Shown piece after piece: positions 19,886 to 29,414 of a DNA stretch of 35,508 nucleotides. Source of the DNA: an uncultured Gammaproteobacteria bacterium. GTDB taxonomy: Bacteria > Patescibacteriota > Microgenomatia > Levybacterales > GWA1-39-11. The notes beneath the pieces are model-generated. The model was not told the DNA's origin and searched no databases. It saw only the letters and a program-made list of their open reading frames with translations. The translations under genes were made by a program, and so were the position numbers. Within the stretch, counting starts at the first letter, position 1. Each line of letters starts with the position of its first letter. The DNA is taken from assembly GCA_964519355.1 (NCBI GenBank), contig CAZFJW010000002.1:1-35508 (forward strand), in the 5' to 3' direction.

Positions 19886-21644
19886 AGTAGGTCTTGCTTT
19901 TCCTGACTATATTCTCAACGATCACGTAAAGCATAAAAGAGAGAATTTGTCCCCACCTAATTCAGAATTATTGCTTTTAGTGCCGCTCATAATTCTTGGA
20001 ATTATATTCGGAATCATTCTTATGAGACTTTTGTATTTGCAGGTTTTGAGAAAGTCATATTATGAAAGATTGTCTTATGAAAATAGAACCCGTACTGAAA
20101 CAATTCCTGCATCACGAGGAATAATTCTTGATAGAAAAGGAAGAGCACTCGTAGCAAATATTCCAGCATTCAAACTTATTTCAAAAGATAATAAAGTTCA
20201 ATTTATTACAAAAGAAGATGCTCTCGCACGTATCGCTGATGGCCAAAAAATTGATAACGACATAATGCGTGAGTATTTGTATCCGGATATTTTTGCACAT
20301 GTTCTTGGATATGTAGGGCAAATTTCTGAAGAGGAAATGAATAGCCCTACATATCAGGATTATTCTTTACTTGATATAGTTGGAAAAATTGGGATTGAGA
20401 GGGAATATGAGAGTGTTTTACATGGACAGAATGGACGAGAGCTTCACGAATCAGACGCCATGGGAAAGAAGATCCGATCTCTTGGGAAAGAAGATCCAGA
20501 GCCTGGTAAAAATCTCACCACGACTTTGGATATCGATATACAAAAAAATGCATACGACGCAATGAAAAATGTATCAAGAGGTGCAGTTGTGGTAAGCGAT
20601 CCGAGAAATGGAGCGATTCTATCGATTGTTTCAAGACCATCATTTGATACCAATCTTTTTACTCATCCGACGTCTTATGAAGCAAAAGGCGAGTATTCAA
20701 CGCTGGATGAGGTTCTGGGTGATACAAAAAGAATGCCGGCACTTGATCGCGCAATAGGAGGGGTTTATCCTCCGGGGTCTACGTTCAAGCTGATTACTGC
20801 CGCTGCTGTGCTTGAGGAAAAAGAAATGAATAAAGACACACAAGTTGAGGATACGGGTGTTGTTGAGTTGGGAGGATTGAGATTTGGGACATGGTATTAC
20901 TTGCAGTATGGAAGAAAAGAAGGAAAAGTAAGCATGGTTCGGGCAATTGCCAGGTCTAATGATATTTATTTTTATCGGGCAGCAGAAAAATTAGGAGATG
21001 AGAAATTATCAGAATGGGCGCACAATTTTGGACTGGGAGGAAAATTGGGGATTGATATCGCAGGGGAAGAACGGGGGACAGTTCCTAATAATGAATGGAA
21101 AATTAAGACTCTTGGTGAGAAATGGTACACGGGAGACACGTTCAATATGGGGATAGGTCAGGGTTATTTATTGACAACACCTCTTCAGGTGAATGCATGG
21201 ACGAATGTTTTTGCCAATGATGGGATTCTCTATCGTCCGCATCTTGTGGCAGACCAAAAACATGTTCTCAATAAAAATTTTGTAAGCAAAAAAAATATTG
21301 AACTAATTCGCGAGGGAATGCGGGAATCATGTGCAACAGGGGGAGTTGCATACACATTTTTTAATTTTGGGGTGGTAAATAAAAATTTGAAGATTGATGA
21401 TAAAGACTATCAAAAGGGAACTTCTCAATCAGCAAATTTCGTCAGAATCCCAGTTGGATGTAAAACCGGGACTGCTCAGACTCCAGGAGATGAAAATGAG
21501 CCTCATGCATGGATTACTGTCTTTGCACCATTTTTCAATCCTGAAATTAGTGTCACAGTTCTTGTTGAGCATGGAGGGGAAGGGTCAAAAGTTGCAGGCC
21601 CAATTGCGACAGAAATTTTGAAAAAGTATTTTGAGAGGAAGTAG
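19872..21644 (+). CDS. mrdA: Penicillin-binding protein 2 (elongasome transpeptidase)
   Basis: SxxK (PPGSTFKL), SxN (ARSNDIYF) and KTG (GCKTGTAQ) boxes. The N-terminal TM and dimerisation domain include RGIILDRKGRALV. The start is ATG 19872 (MKKIKVG), which overlaps the mreD end by 14 nt. Confidence 0.9.
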   Translation: MKKIKVGLAFPDYILNDHVKHKRENLSPPNSELLLLVPLIILGIIFGIILMRLLYLQVLRKSYYERLSYENRTRTETIPASRGIILDRKGRALVANIPAFKLISKDNKVQFITKEDALARIADGQKIDNDIMREYLYPDIFAHVLGYVGQISEEEMNSPTYQDYSLLDIVGKIGIEREYESVLHGQNGRELHESDAMGKKIRSLGKEDPEPGKNLTTTLDIDIQKNAYDAMKNVSRGAVVVSDPRNGAILSIVSRPSFDTNLFTHPTSYEAKGEYSTLDEVLGDTKRMPALDRAIGGVYPPGSTFKLITAAAVLEEKEMNKDTQVEDTGVVELGGLRFGTWYYLQYGRKEGKVSMVRAIARSNDIYFYRAAEKLGDEKLSEWAHNFGLGGKLGIDIAGEERGTVPNNEWKIKTLGEKWYTGDTFNMGIGQGYLLTTPLQVNAWTNVFANDGILYRPHLVADQKHVLNKNFVSKKNIELIREGMRESCATGGVAYTFFNFGVVNKNLKIDDKDYQKGTSQSANFVRIPVGCKTGTAQTPGDENEPHAWITVFAPFFNPEISVTVLVEHGGEGSKVAGPIATEILKKYFERK

Positions 21645-21646
21645 GT

Positions 21647-22546
21647 TTACAACGGCTGAATTGTTTCAAAAATTGTTAGGAATAGTTCTTTTTGAATTGT
21701 TTCAATTCCATTTCCTTCTGCTGAACCTGGTGTCCTAGAACAGTTTTCTCTCATAGTTTCTACTCCATAATAATAACTTCCTATTTTTTTGTTCTGATAT
21801 TCAGTTTTTTCTTTCGCTTGAGTAATCCAGCCAAGTCCGCCTGTCGGAAATTCGCATGCAGGAAATTGAGAGGCCAGGGAGTCAGTTGTAAAAAGTATCG
21901 CAGTTGATGTTTCATACTTTTCAACATGATATCGAAGATCCAGAAGTTCAGGAGGAAGAGTTACTTGAATTCCAATTTCTGGAATTTGTAAAATTGCGGC
22001 CGATGTTGCAGTGGGTAAGTTTGTTTGTCCTTCGATGGGTGTCGGGCAGGGGGCAAATTCACAATTTGGCCCTGTTCGTCCGACCGCTGACCCGTCAGGA
22101 CACACTTTTGCTTCCATGGTGCACGCTACTTTTCCAATCTCTTCATACACAGGGAAAATAGATGTAAAGATGAGGAGGGGAAAAGTTAAAATGATAAAAG
22201 TAGGAGTGAAAATAAGAATTCCGATAGATATTTTTTTTAGTACATTTTTGTAGAGTTCGTAGCGTATAAAAAATATAACACCTAAAATAATTTGAATTCC
22301 AGCAAAAATTACGATAACTGCAAATACGAATTGGAACGGAATTGTCTTTTTAAATTCTAAAATACTAACAACAGGCTTTAGGGGAGAAAGACTTGCAAGG
22401 AATACCAGCTCAATAACACCCGTCAGAATCAAGAGAAATCTTATAGAAGATTTTCGCTCTTTGCGGGCTTGGGTATCTATTTTTAAAGAATCGTTTGATG
22501 GTGGGAGTATGTTGTTATCTGATTCTATACTGAGGTTTTGTTCCAT
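21647..22546 (-). CDS. Membrane protein with a Cys-rich extracytoplasmic domain (hypothetical)
   Basis: 299 aa with 3-4 TM helices, then CTMEAKVCPDGSAVGRTGPNCEFAPCP and a further C-terminal domain. Confidence 0.65.
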   Translation of the reverse strand: MEQNLSIESDNNILPPSNDSLKIDTQARKERKSSIRFLLILTGVIELVFLASLSPLKPVVSILEFKKTIPFQFVFAVIVIFAGIQIILGVIFFIRYELYKNVLKKISIGILIFTPTFIILTFPLLIFTSIFPVYEEIGKVACTMEAKVCPDGSAVGRTGPNCEFAPCPTPIEGQTNLPTATSAAILQIPEIGIQVTLPPELLDLRYHVEKYETSTAILFTTDSLASQFPACEFPTGGLGWITQAKEKTEYQNKKIGSYYYGVETMRENCSRTPGSAEGNGIETIQKELFLTIFETIQPL

Positions 22547-22570
22547 CCCTTATTCTATACATCGTCTTTA

Positions 22571-23401
22571 CTATCTGCCAAGATACGAAAAATATCCATC
22601 TTCCTTCTCTTCAATACGACTTATCCATTCTTGAATTCTTTCGATGTCAAATTCACTGCCAAACATATCAGCAGATGATTCGACGATGTGTCTGACCTCT
22701 CTTACTGAGCGCGCTAAGGCAACTGTAGTGCTGTTCGTTATTGCCCGATATAAATTATATTCGTATCCCGTAACAAATCTTCCAAATGTTTTTCTGTGAG
22801 CATCAGACGATGCAATCGCAGCACCAAGAGTGTTAGTATTTTCTTTGTAAAAAGCATATGCGTCTTGATTGGCTTGTGTTGGAAATTTTTTCCCTGCAAG
22901 AGTTTTTCTCATCGCATAATCAAAAACTCCTCCATTGAAAACCTCAATTCCATCAGGCCTGGTTGAAGGCTTTGCGGCTAGCTGGAGTATTCTTTCTTTT
23001 TTAGCAGATTGAATAAGGGTAAATTCAGGATGTGGAATGATCGCAAGGCCTCCCTGTCCATGGATTGCCTCAATTGTTTCACTTATTGGCATGTTGGCAC
23101 GGATAGGTTCTCTGAGGAAGAGGGCGACAACATGTCCTTCACGTGAGGTTACTTCCATCCCGGGGACTACAGTAACTTGAGAATTTCTTCTTTGGGCAGT
23201 GTTCCATGCAGTAAGTGAGGACTCAAATGTATCGTGATCTGTTATTGCAATTGTGTCTATTCCAATTCTTTCTGCCAGTTCAACAGTCTGATCCGGGGTC
23301 ATACCTTCTCTGGCGTCTGGTGAGGCATTTGTATGAATATGAAGATCTGCAAGATTCATTCCTCCCCTTTGATATTCCCCCCAAATCTCTCGCATGGGCA
23401 A
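22571..23401 (-). CDS. PHP-domain metal-dependent phosphoesterase
   Basis: ADLHIHTNASPDA, IAITDHD and HPE motifs. 23401 is a TTG; ATG 23359 (MNLADLHIHT) is a plausible alternative start. Confidence 0.8.
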   Translation of the reverse strand: MPMREIWGEYQRGGMNLADLHIHTNASPDAREGMTPDQTVELAERIGIDTIAITDHDTFESSLTAWNTAQRRNSQVTVVPGMEVTSREGHVVALFLREPIRANMPISETIEAIHGQGGLAIIPHPEFTLIQSAKKERILQLAAKPSTRPDGIEVFNGGVFDYAMRKTLAGKKFPTQANQDAYAFYKENTNTLGAAIASSDAHRKTFGRFVTGYEYNLYRAITNSTTVALARSVREVRHIVESSADMFGSEFDIERIQEWISRIEEKEDGYFSYLGR

Positions 23402-23425
23402 ATTGTAACATAGGGAGAGTATGTA

Positions 23426-23764
23426 TTATTTTTGAATAAAATGCAGTGGGTCAGTTCTTACCACATGCTTTCGTTTTAGATCTACAAATTCTCCGGGTTG
23501 TAGGGTGTTAAATAATTCGGGTTGTGCAAAAAATTCAATTGATCTGCATTCTTCAGTGTCCCCCTCTCCACAATAGTTAATTCGGAGAATGTGATCTTGA
23601 TCATCAACAACTGTTACTCCGTTTGGAAGAGTCCAGGCACTCTCGGGCTGAAACTCTTTATCCAGAAGTTCACCTACGGGAGGAATGTATTCTTGGCCGC
23701 AGGAAGTAAGAGTTAGACTCAAAGTAAGTAACCCTCCAAGCAGCTTTGGTTTTCTTTCTAGCAT
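23426..23764 (-). CDS. Small lipoprotein (hypothetical)
   Basis: The signal peptide has the lipobox LTLTSC (LLGGLLTLSLTLTSCGQE). Confidence 0.65.
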   Translation of the reverse strand: MLERKPKLLGGLLTLSLTLTSCGQEYIPPVGELLDKEFQPESAWTLPNGVTVVDDQDHILRINYCGEGDTEECRSIEFFAQPELFNTLQPGEFVDLKRKHVVRTDPLHFIQK

Positions 23765-23811
23765 ATGGAATGGGATTATAGCAAAGTTTTATCTCCTATT
23801 TGGTATGTGAC

Positions 23812-23839
23812 TTGAAATTTCGAAGGCAAAGATTATAAT
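23812..23839 (+). promoter_or_regulatory. Promoter with leaderless geometry
   Basis: TTGAAA, a 16-nt spacer, then TATAAT (23834-23839), 7 nt before ATG 23847. Confidence 0.55.
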
Positions 23840-23846
23840 CACTGGT

Positions 23847-24404
23847 ATGGCAGGAGAAAAATTTATAGGTCTATCTCAAAGACCAGATTTTTTAATATTT
23901 GAAAGGCGCTTTTCTGATTGGGGAAAATTTGATAGTTCAGAGCCTGCTCCAAATGATCCGATGAGGCCCGCGATCGAAGGTTTTATGGAACATGCATCAA
24001 ATTTTCCCGCATTAATTGAAGAAAGCCGAAGGCTTGATGGTAAATTCGAAGAGAGTAGCTCAGTAACTGTTGCTTTTCGGTCACGCGACCCGCGAAATAC
24101 TCCCCGAATGTATGTAGTAGAGGGCCAATATGGTGATTCAGATCGTAAGATTTTTTATGTCGGTCTTCCACACTTCAGACAAGTAATGGTTTTTGACACA
24201 AAAAATGGTCCTCATATGAGATTTCGGAGAGCCGAAGCTGTTGCTGAGTGGATATCGGTTGGTGGCATTCAGGGCTCAGGTGCTCTTGACTACCCGGCAG
24301 GCCCAGCACAAATTGACCAATATGCCTCAATTCTTCAATATGCAGCAGAAAGTCTTAGTAGACAAACTGCCATTATCGAAACTCGAATAGCTGGAAAAAG
24401 ATAA
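23847..24404 (+). CDS. Hypothetical protein (185 aa)
   Basis: Clean ORF with no recognised motif. It sits directly upstream of the ParB-like gene. Confidence 0.6.
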   Translation: MAGEKFIGLSQRPDFLIFERRFSDWGKFDSSEPAPNDPMRPAIEGFMEHASNFPALIEESRRLDGKFEESSSVTVAFRSRDPRNTPRMYVVEGQYGDSDRKIFYVGLPHFRQVMVFDTKNGPHMRFRRAEAVAEWISVGGIQGSGALDYPAGPAQIDQYASILQYAAESLSRQTAIIETRIAGKR

Positions 24405-24434
24405 TCGTAAAATTGATTGCACCAGTAAGATATA

Positions 24435-24463
24435 TTGAATTTAAATCAAGATCAGTTTATATT
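24435..24463 (+). promoter_or_regulatory. Promoter with leaderless geometry
   Basis: TTGAAT (24435-24440), a 17-nt spacer, then TATATT (24458-24463), 8 nt before ATG 24472. Confidence 0.55.
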
Positions 24464-24471
24464 TCTCTAGA

Positions 24472-25971
24472 ATGACGGCAGAACACGGGAGTTTCATAAA
24501 TGGCATTGGTGAGAATTCGGAGGGGGCGAAAATTTTTTATCCAGGTAAAGCTCAGATGGGATTTGGTGGGTTGACAGGCTTGGAGGGGGTCGATTCGGAT
24601 TTCTTCGCGGCCATCCCTAACACAGCTCCCGAGTTAAATGGCAGCCTTACGGGTGAAAATGGCATTACACCTCATGCGGATAGTCAGGGTGGGTTGTTTG
24701 GTCGTGTAAATCATGATGTGATTGTAGAACCAGGGCTTGATCTTTCCACTCCCGTTGAAGTATCTGGGCGAGATGGAGAAGTCAAACAAGGTGCCTTTGA
24801 AAGAACCAACCTCGCTTTATTAAATGTAATTGTTCAGCAAAGAGATGAATATTCTGGAATTAGTGGATTGGCTGCCAATATTGAAGAGCATGGCATGATC
24901 CATCCGCTTCTTGTTGCAAGATATGATGCAGATGGAGCGCGTGATTATCTTGTTGCAGCATACGGAACATACGGTAAAAAGGTATCTGCTGATCAGAGAA
25001 AAAGATTACCTGATCTGGTAAAGACTACCGAAAACGGAAACGAAACTTATTATATTGTTATAGCTGGGCACAGAAGATTGAGGGCCTTGAGGATGCTTCA
25101 GAAAAAAACAAGCATTCTTCAAATAGTGAATGACATTGATCCATTTGAGGCTCTAGAAATCCAGGCATCGGAAAATACTGCAAAACTTCCGAAAGATTAT
25201 GAAAGAGCAGAATCAAACGGAGATCTTCATTCCATTTTAAAAGCACGTGATCCGAAGTTGAGAATTGAAAAATTTGCAACAAGAGTAGGTCATCCGGTGG
25301 CGGTTGTAAGAAAAGACTTGAGGTACTACGGCCTTCCTCCTGAGGTAAAAAACTTTGTCGTACCTCGCAACAGACGTGATAGCGGTGAAGGTGACACTGA
25401 GATTCCCGATCAACCACTCATGGAATTTAATATTGCTTGTCAATTGGGAAGACTTGTAGAAGTGGGAGCAAGTTTTGATGATATTTTATTCTTGGCAAAA
25501 AGATTTTTTGTTGAGAATATTACAAATGAGAAGACTGCGAGTAGAAGAGTGACGCAATATATCAGAGATTCAATCGTTCACGGAGGAGCAGATATGACAG
25601 ATATTTTCGGATTTAATGTACGACGGGTTGCTGAAAATACACGTACCAGACAAGTGGCCAAGACATTTATCGATCCAGCATTGGCTGGATTGGGATTATT
25701 GGAAAGGGTGCGAATTGCAAAAGAAAATGGATTTGGAGGCGAAAAAGATGACAAATTGTCTTTTGCTGCGGCGGGAGGATATATTAAAAGACTGGCTGAG
25801 CTTGCTGATGAACTTACTGATGCCCTTCATGAGACTATGGATGCTGATGCGAGAAATGAGATACACACACGCCTTCAAAGGCTTAGGGATGCTGCTGATA
25901 TTGTAGCAAGAGAGTATGAGGGCGGTGCCCCAAAAGAGAGAGGCCTTTTAGACCTTCTAGAAAAAGATTAG
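24472..25971 (+). CDS. ParB/Srx N-terminal-domain protein with long N- and C-terminal extensions
   Basis: The central region GMIHPLLVARYD...YYIVIAGHRRLRALRML...LEIQASENTAKLP matches ParB box motifs (PI/LxV, GxRRxxA, EN). No parA is adjacent. Confidence 0.7.
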   Translation: MTAEHGSFINGIGENSEGAKIFYPGKAQMGFGGLTGLEGVDSDFFAAIPNTAPELNGSLTGENGITPHADSQGGLFGRVNHDVIVEPGLDLSTPVEVSGRDGEVKQGAFERTNLALLNVIVQQRDEYSGISGLAANIEEHGMIHPLLVARYDADGARDYLVAAYGTYGKKVSADQRKRLPDLVKTTENGNETYYIVIAGHRRLRALRMLQKKTSILQIVNDIDPFEALEIQASENTAKLPKDYERAESNGDLHSILKARDPKLRIEKFATRVGHPVAVVRKDLRYYGLPPEVKNFVVPRNRRDSGEGDTEIPDQPLMEFNIACQLGRLVEVGASFDDILFLAKRFFVENITNEKTASRRVTQYIRDSIVHGGADMTDIFGFNVRRVAENTRTRQVAKTFIDPALAGLGLLERVRIAKENGFGGEKDDKLSFAAAGGYIKRLAELADELTDALHETMDADARNEIHTRLQRLRDAADIVAREYEGGAPKERGLLDLLEKD

Positions 25972-25985
25972 TTATTTAGAATATA

Positions 25986-27308
25986 TTAGTTATAAATATA
26001 TACTGGTGTTCCGACGTCTGCCCAGGCATATACAACTTCTGCAACTCCCACGTCCAACGATACACATCCTCCTGTGTGAGGGCTTCCTAAAAAGTCACGG
26101 GGGCGCCTGATTTGGGTTCCATCTCCGGTAACCCAATAAGGTAATTCATGAATTCCAAGATATGCATGAATATCCGGTGCTAGATAAAATGCCATCCAGT
26201 ATGGCATCCACACATTGTAGATATCTGAAAATGCATTGTTGTATTTGTTCAGTATTTTGTATGTTCCGGGCGGTGTTGGGTAGTAAAGACCTGTTGAGAC
26301 AAGATGTTCTGCGATAAGATTGCCCGTCTCAAACCGATACATTCTTTGTTGAGAAATATCAATTTCGATGTATTTATCAGCTCTTTCTCCATTTGTATTG
26401 GGTTTGTATTTGGTTTCGGCAATAATGGGTCCAGTTGCTGCTCCCAGGACTCTTGCATTTAAAATGTTTGAGACTTCTTGAGTAACTTTTCCTTTATTTA
26501 CTGTTTTTTCACTCGAAAGATCGGTGGCAGCGATTTTTCCATCAAGGAGGGTGCTGAGTTTGGATTCATTGGTCTCTACTGTAAATGAATTTGACTCAGG
26601 ATGGAATGTGGCACCAAGTACTGCCTTAAGATCCTCTTGGGAAAGTTCGATATTCGTATTTTTCACTTGATCAAGAACTATAGAAATAGGGTTGCGAGTG
26701 GCTTCGTTGAGGCGCTGATTGTTGAGTGCAATAATCTCTTTTTTTGAGGGTTTGGGTATTTTTGCCAGAGATGGAGTGAGAGTATTTTTAGTCGCAAAGT
26801 TTTGTTTGATTTGAAATTTCAGTGAACCAAGATCAAGAATATATTTATCGTCATAAAGCGTATATAAAAATTCAGAACTGGACGGATCAAAGGTTACTTC
26901 TTCTTTGCGTGGAGTGAAATCGAAAATTGTTTGCTTGAATCTCTTTTCAAACTCATTTGAGAATGTGACAGTAGCAAGATGTGAAGTGGGTTTGAAATAT
27001 GCTTTTGCGAAGTGATACATATTTAGAGGAAAGATATTATGGCCTTTAAAAATTGAGTTGATTGTAGCGTTGGTATCGACAGATATTCCAATACTCTTTG
27101 AGGGGTAAATATACACTCTATTTTTAATTTGCATTGATATTGGGGCGTTTTCTTTTTCTTTGAGAAGAGACGCAATTTGACTTTTGGTTTTGAGTGAGAG
27201 ATCAAGATTGCCAATTGTAGTATTGGGATATGAATACATACTGATAAAGAGTTGAAGAACAAGAATTCCCAGAATTGTCGGAATTGAAAAAAGGAGCAGA
27301 TTTTTCAT
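25986..27308 (-). CDS. L,D-transpeptidase (YkuD domain) with a long N-terminal extracellular region
   Basis: The C-terminal motif LGIHELP...FLGSPHTGGCVSLD corresponds to the YkuD H...(S/T)HGC(V/I) active site. An N-terminal signal/anchor is present. Confidence 0.8.
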   Translation of the reverse strand: MKNLLLFSIPTILGILVLQLFISMYSYPNTTIGNLDLSLKTKSQIASLLKEKENAPISMQIKNRVYIYPSKSIGISVDTNATINSIFKGHNIFPLNMYHFAKAYFKPTSHLATVTFSNEFEKRFKQTIFDFTPRKEEVTFDPSSSEFLYTLYDDKYILDLGSLKFQIKQNFATKNTLTPSLAKIPKPSKKEIIALNNQRLNEATRNPISIVLDQVKNTNIELSQEDLKAVLGATFHPESNSFTVETNESKLSTLLDGKIAATDLSSEKTVNKGKVTQEVSNILNARVLGAATGPIIAETKYKPNTNGERADKYIEIDISQQRMYRFETGNLIAEHLVSTGLYYPTPPGTYKILNKYNNAFSDIYNVWMPYWMAFYLAPDIHAYLGIHELPYWVTGDGTQIRRPRDFLGSPHTGGCVSLDVGVAEVVYAWADVGTPVYIYN

Positions 27309-27448
27309 GAATAGGCAGTTAATTTGTGGTACTTATTACATAGTATGGTAAATAAAAGTATTATCAAGCCTCAATATTTTTCTTCGATTTCCTTTGATCT
27401 CTTTTGACTCTGTTGACTCATATTATATAAATAAGATATATTGGTTTT

Positions 27449-29383
27449 ATGGCCGAAGCAGCACTACAATTTCCAGGCACAATGCCACAGCAGGGCGAAG
27501 TACCAGGAGCCCAACAACCACTTGAATTAGCAGGATCAACTATGCCTGGAGCACCCGTTCAGACAGAGGGCGGCCGTGGAGGTTTTTTGGGTAAATTATT
27601 TGGAAAAGGCGAGAAGGGCGCAGATGCTCCTGCAGCTCAAGGAATTTCTCCTATGACGCTTCCAGGAAGACCAGATATTGCAGCAGGCATGACAGACGTA
27701 GCTGGAAAAATTGGTCTGAATGTAGAGCCTGTTATTGGAGGAGCTCCAAGAGTTACGGTCCCGACACCTGATAGCGGCATGGTCATTGGTGCAGATACAC
27801 CTTCAAATGGAATTATTGTAGATGAGGGTGCGCCCAAAATAATTGTTAAAAGACCATGGGAGGGTGGAAGAAGACCATCTGGGGCACAGGCAGGTGAAGC
27901 AGCAACAGATAGTGTTTCACAAATGGCTGCTGGGCAGGCTGAATTCGCTTCTCAAGATGGCAGATCAGGTGATGTTGGACTTGGGAATACAGTAGGAAGT
28001 AATGAGTCTGGTGATCCTGCAGCAGCACAGTCAGCAGATGAAGTTGTTGCAGATGACACAAATGCAGCGGCTGGACAAGGTTTGGAAAATACTGGTGTAA
28101 CAAGCGGCATGTCTGAGACTGCAGCTGTAGTCGGAGACGCGGCAATTACATCGGGCGTAGAAGAAGTAGTACGCGATGAGTCAGCAGAGGATCCAGCCCA
28201 AGGAGATTCTGGTGAGCCAGATATGTCAGGAGTTGGAGTGCCCCCTCCGGGTGAGAAATATCCGAATATGGCTGCTCCTATGACCAGTGTCTGGAGTAAA
28301 CCAAGCGCGGGTGAGCCAAGTGTTACCTCAGATCCTGATTCAGGAGTTGCAGCACCTGCCCCAAGAGAATTAACACAAGAAGAGCAGGATGCTCGGGAAG
28401 ATAGAGAAGAAGCAGAAGCAGACAGACAAAAATTAATAGATGAAGGTTTGGGAGAAGATCCAGCCCCGACAGAAGGAGCATCTGGAGACACTGCGCCAGC
28501 TATTGATTCTGCAGCTTCTGGAGATGCACTTGCTGCTCAGATGAGGGATCAGGGAGTGATCACTGGGGATGGAGAGGATCAGATTATTAATGCAACTCAT
28601 ATTGCCGCTGCCCCCGAGACACCACAAGCACCTGAAATGACAGATGAAGTAGTTGGTCAGGCAGAAGAAACGGTAGATGCCAGCGCTCCAGCCGAAGGCA
28701 TGACCGCAGATCCAGTACTCGATACAGCAGAGGAACCAGTTTTACCTGCAGAGCAGCCAGTAGTTGTCGGTGAAGAGCCAGCTCAAGCTCCAGCAGCTGA
28801 GATGGTGTCAAATGCTACTGTTCAAGATGCTGATGATACCTCCGGACAATCAGAAGATGGTGCGTCTGATGATGATGGAGATTCTGGTGATGCAGTCAGT
28901 AAAGATCCATACAGAGCGGCAATGGAAAAAGATCCAGCAAATGATCCTGCAGCAATTTTAGAAGATCTCCACAAGAATGCTGCTCCATCAACAGTTGATA
29001 ACATCGGAAATGTTCTTTCTGGAATCAAAGAAACAAATCAAGCATTACAAGAAGAAACAGAAAGACTTGCTGAAATGCCATTGCGGGATGCAATACAGGA
29101 ACTGCGAAAAAAAGACGAAACACAAACACAACAGCTCATAACAAGACTAGCTTGGGCACATGCTTTTAAAAACCTTGAAAAACAAGGAATCACCACACTT
29201 TCTGCAGTTGAAGATACAAAAAAAACTATTGAAGAGATTCGGGGAATGGAAGAATTATTGAAGCTTTTTCTTGAAGAGTCTGGTGATCATAAGGGAGGGT
29301 GGGAAACAACACAAGGACTTACGCCTCAAGCCGAAGAGCCAAATGATCCATCAGGTGCAACACTTATTGCAACCGCTGCATAG
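27449..29383 (+). CDS. Highly acidic, Ala/Gly/Pro/Glu/Asp-rich (probably disordered) protein with a helical C-terminal ~130 aa
   Basis: 644-aa ORF whose composition is clearly GC-richer than its neighbours. No family recognised. TTGACT...TATATT (27437-27442) lies 6 nt before the ATG. Confidence 0.6.
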   Translation: MAEAALQFPGTMPQQGEVPGAQQPLELAGSTMPGAPVQTEGGRGGFLGKLFGKGEKGADAPAAQGISPMTLPGRPDIAAGMTDVAGKIGLNVEPVIGGAPRVTVPTPDSGMVIGADTPSNGIIVDEGAPKIIVKRPWEGGRRPSGAQAGEAATDSVSQMAAGQAEFASQDGRSGDVGLGNTVGSNESGDPAAAQSADEVVADDTNAAAGQGLENTGVTSGMSETAAVVGDAAITSGVEEVVRDESAEDPAQGDSGEPDMSGVGVPPPGEKYPNMAAPMTSVWSKPSAGEPSVTSDPDSGVAAPAPRELTQEEQDAREDREEAEADRQKLIDEGLGEDPAPTEGASGDTAPAIDSAASGDALAAQMRDQGVITGDGEDQIINATHIAAAPETPQAPEMTDEVVGQAEETVDASAPAEGMTADPVLDTAEEPVLPAEQPVVVGEEPAQAPAAEMVSNATVQDADDTSGQSEDGASDDDGDSGDAVSKDPYRAAMEKDPANDPAAILEDLHKNAAPSTVDNIGNVLSGIKETNQALQEETERLAEMPLRDAIQELRKKDETQTQQLITRLAWAHAFKNLEKQGITTLSAVEDTKKTIEEIRGMEELLKLFLEESGDHKGGWETTQGLTPQAEEPNDPSGATLIATAA

Positions 29384-29414
29384 TAACGGTTTTTATTCCA
29401 ATTCTATTCTCGTC

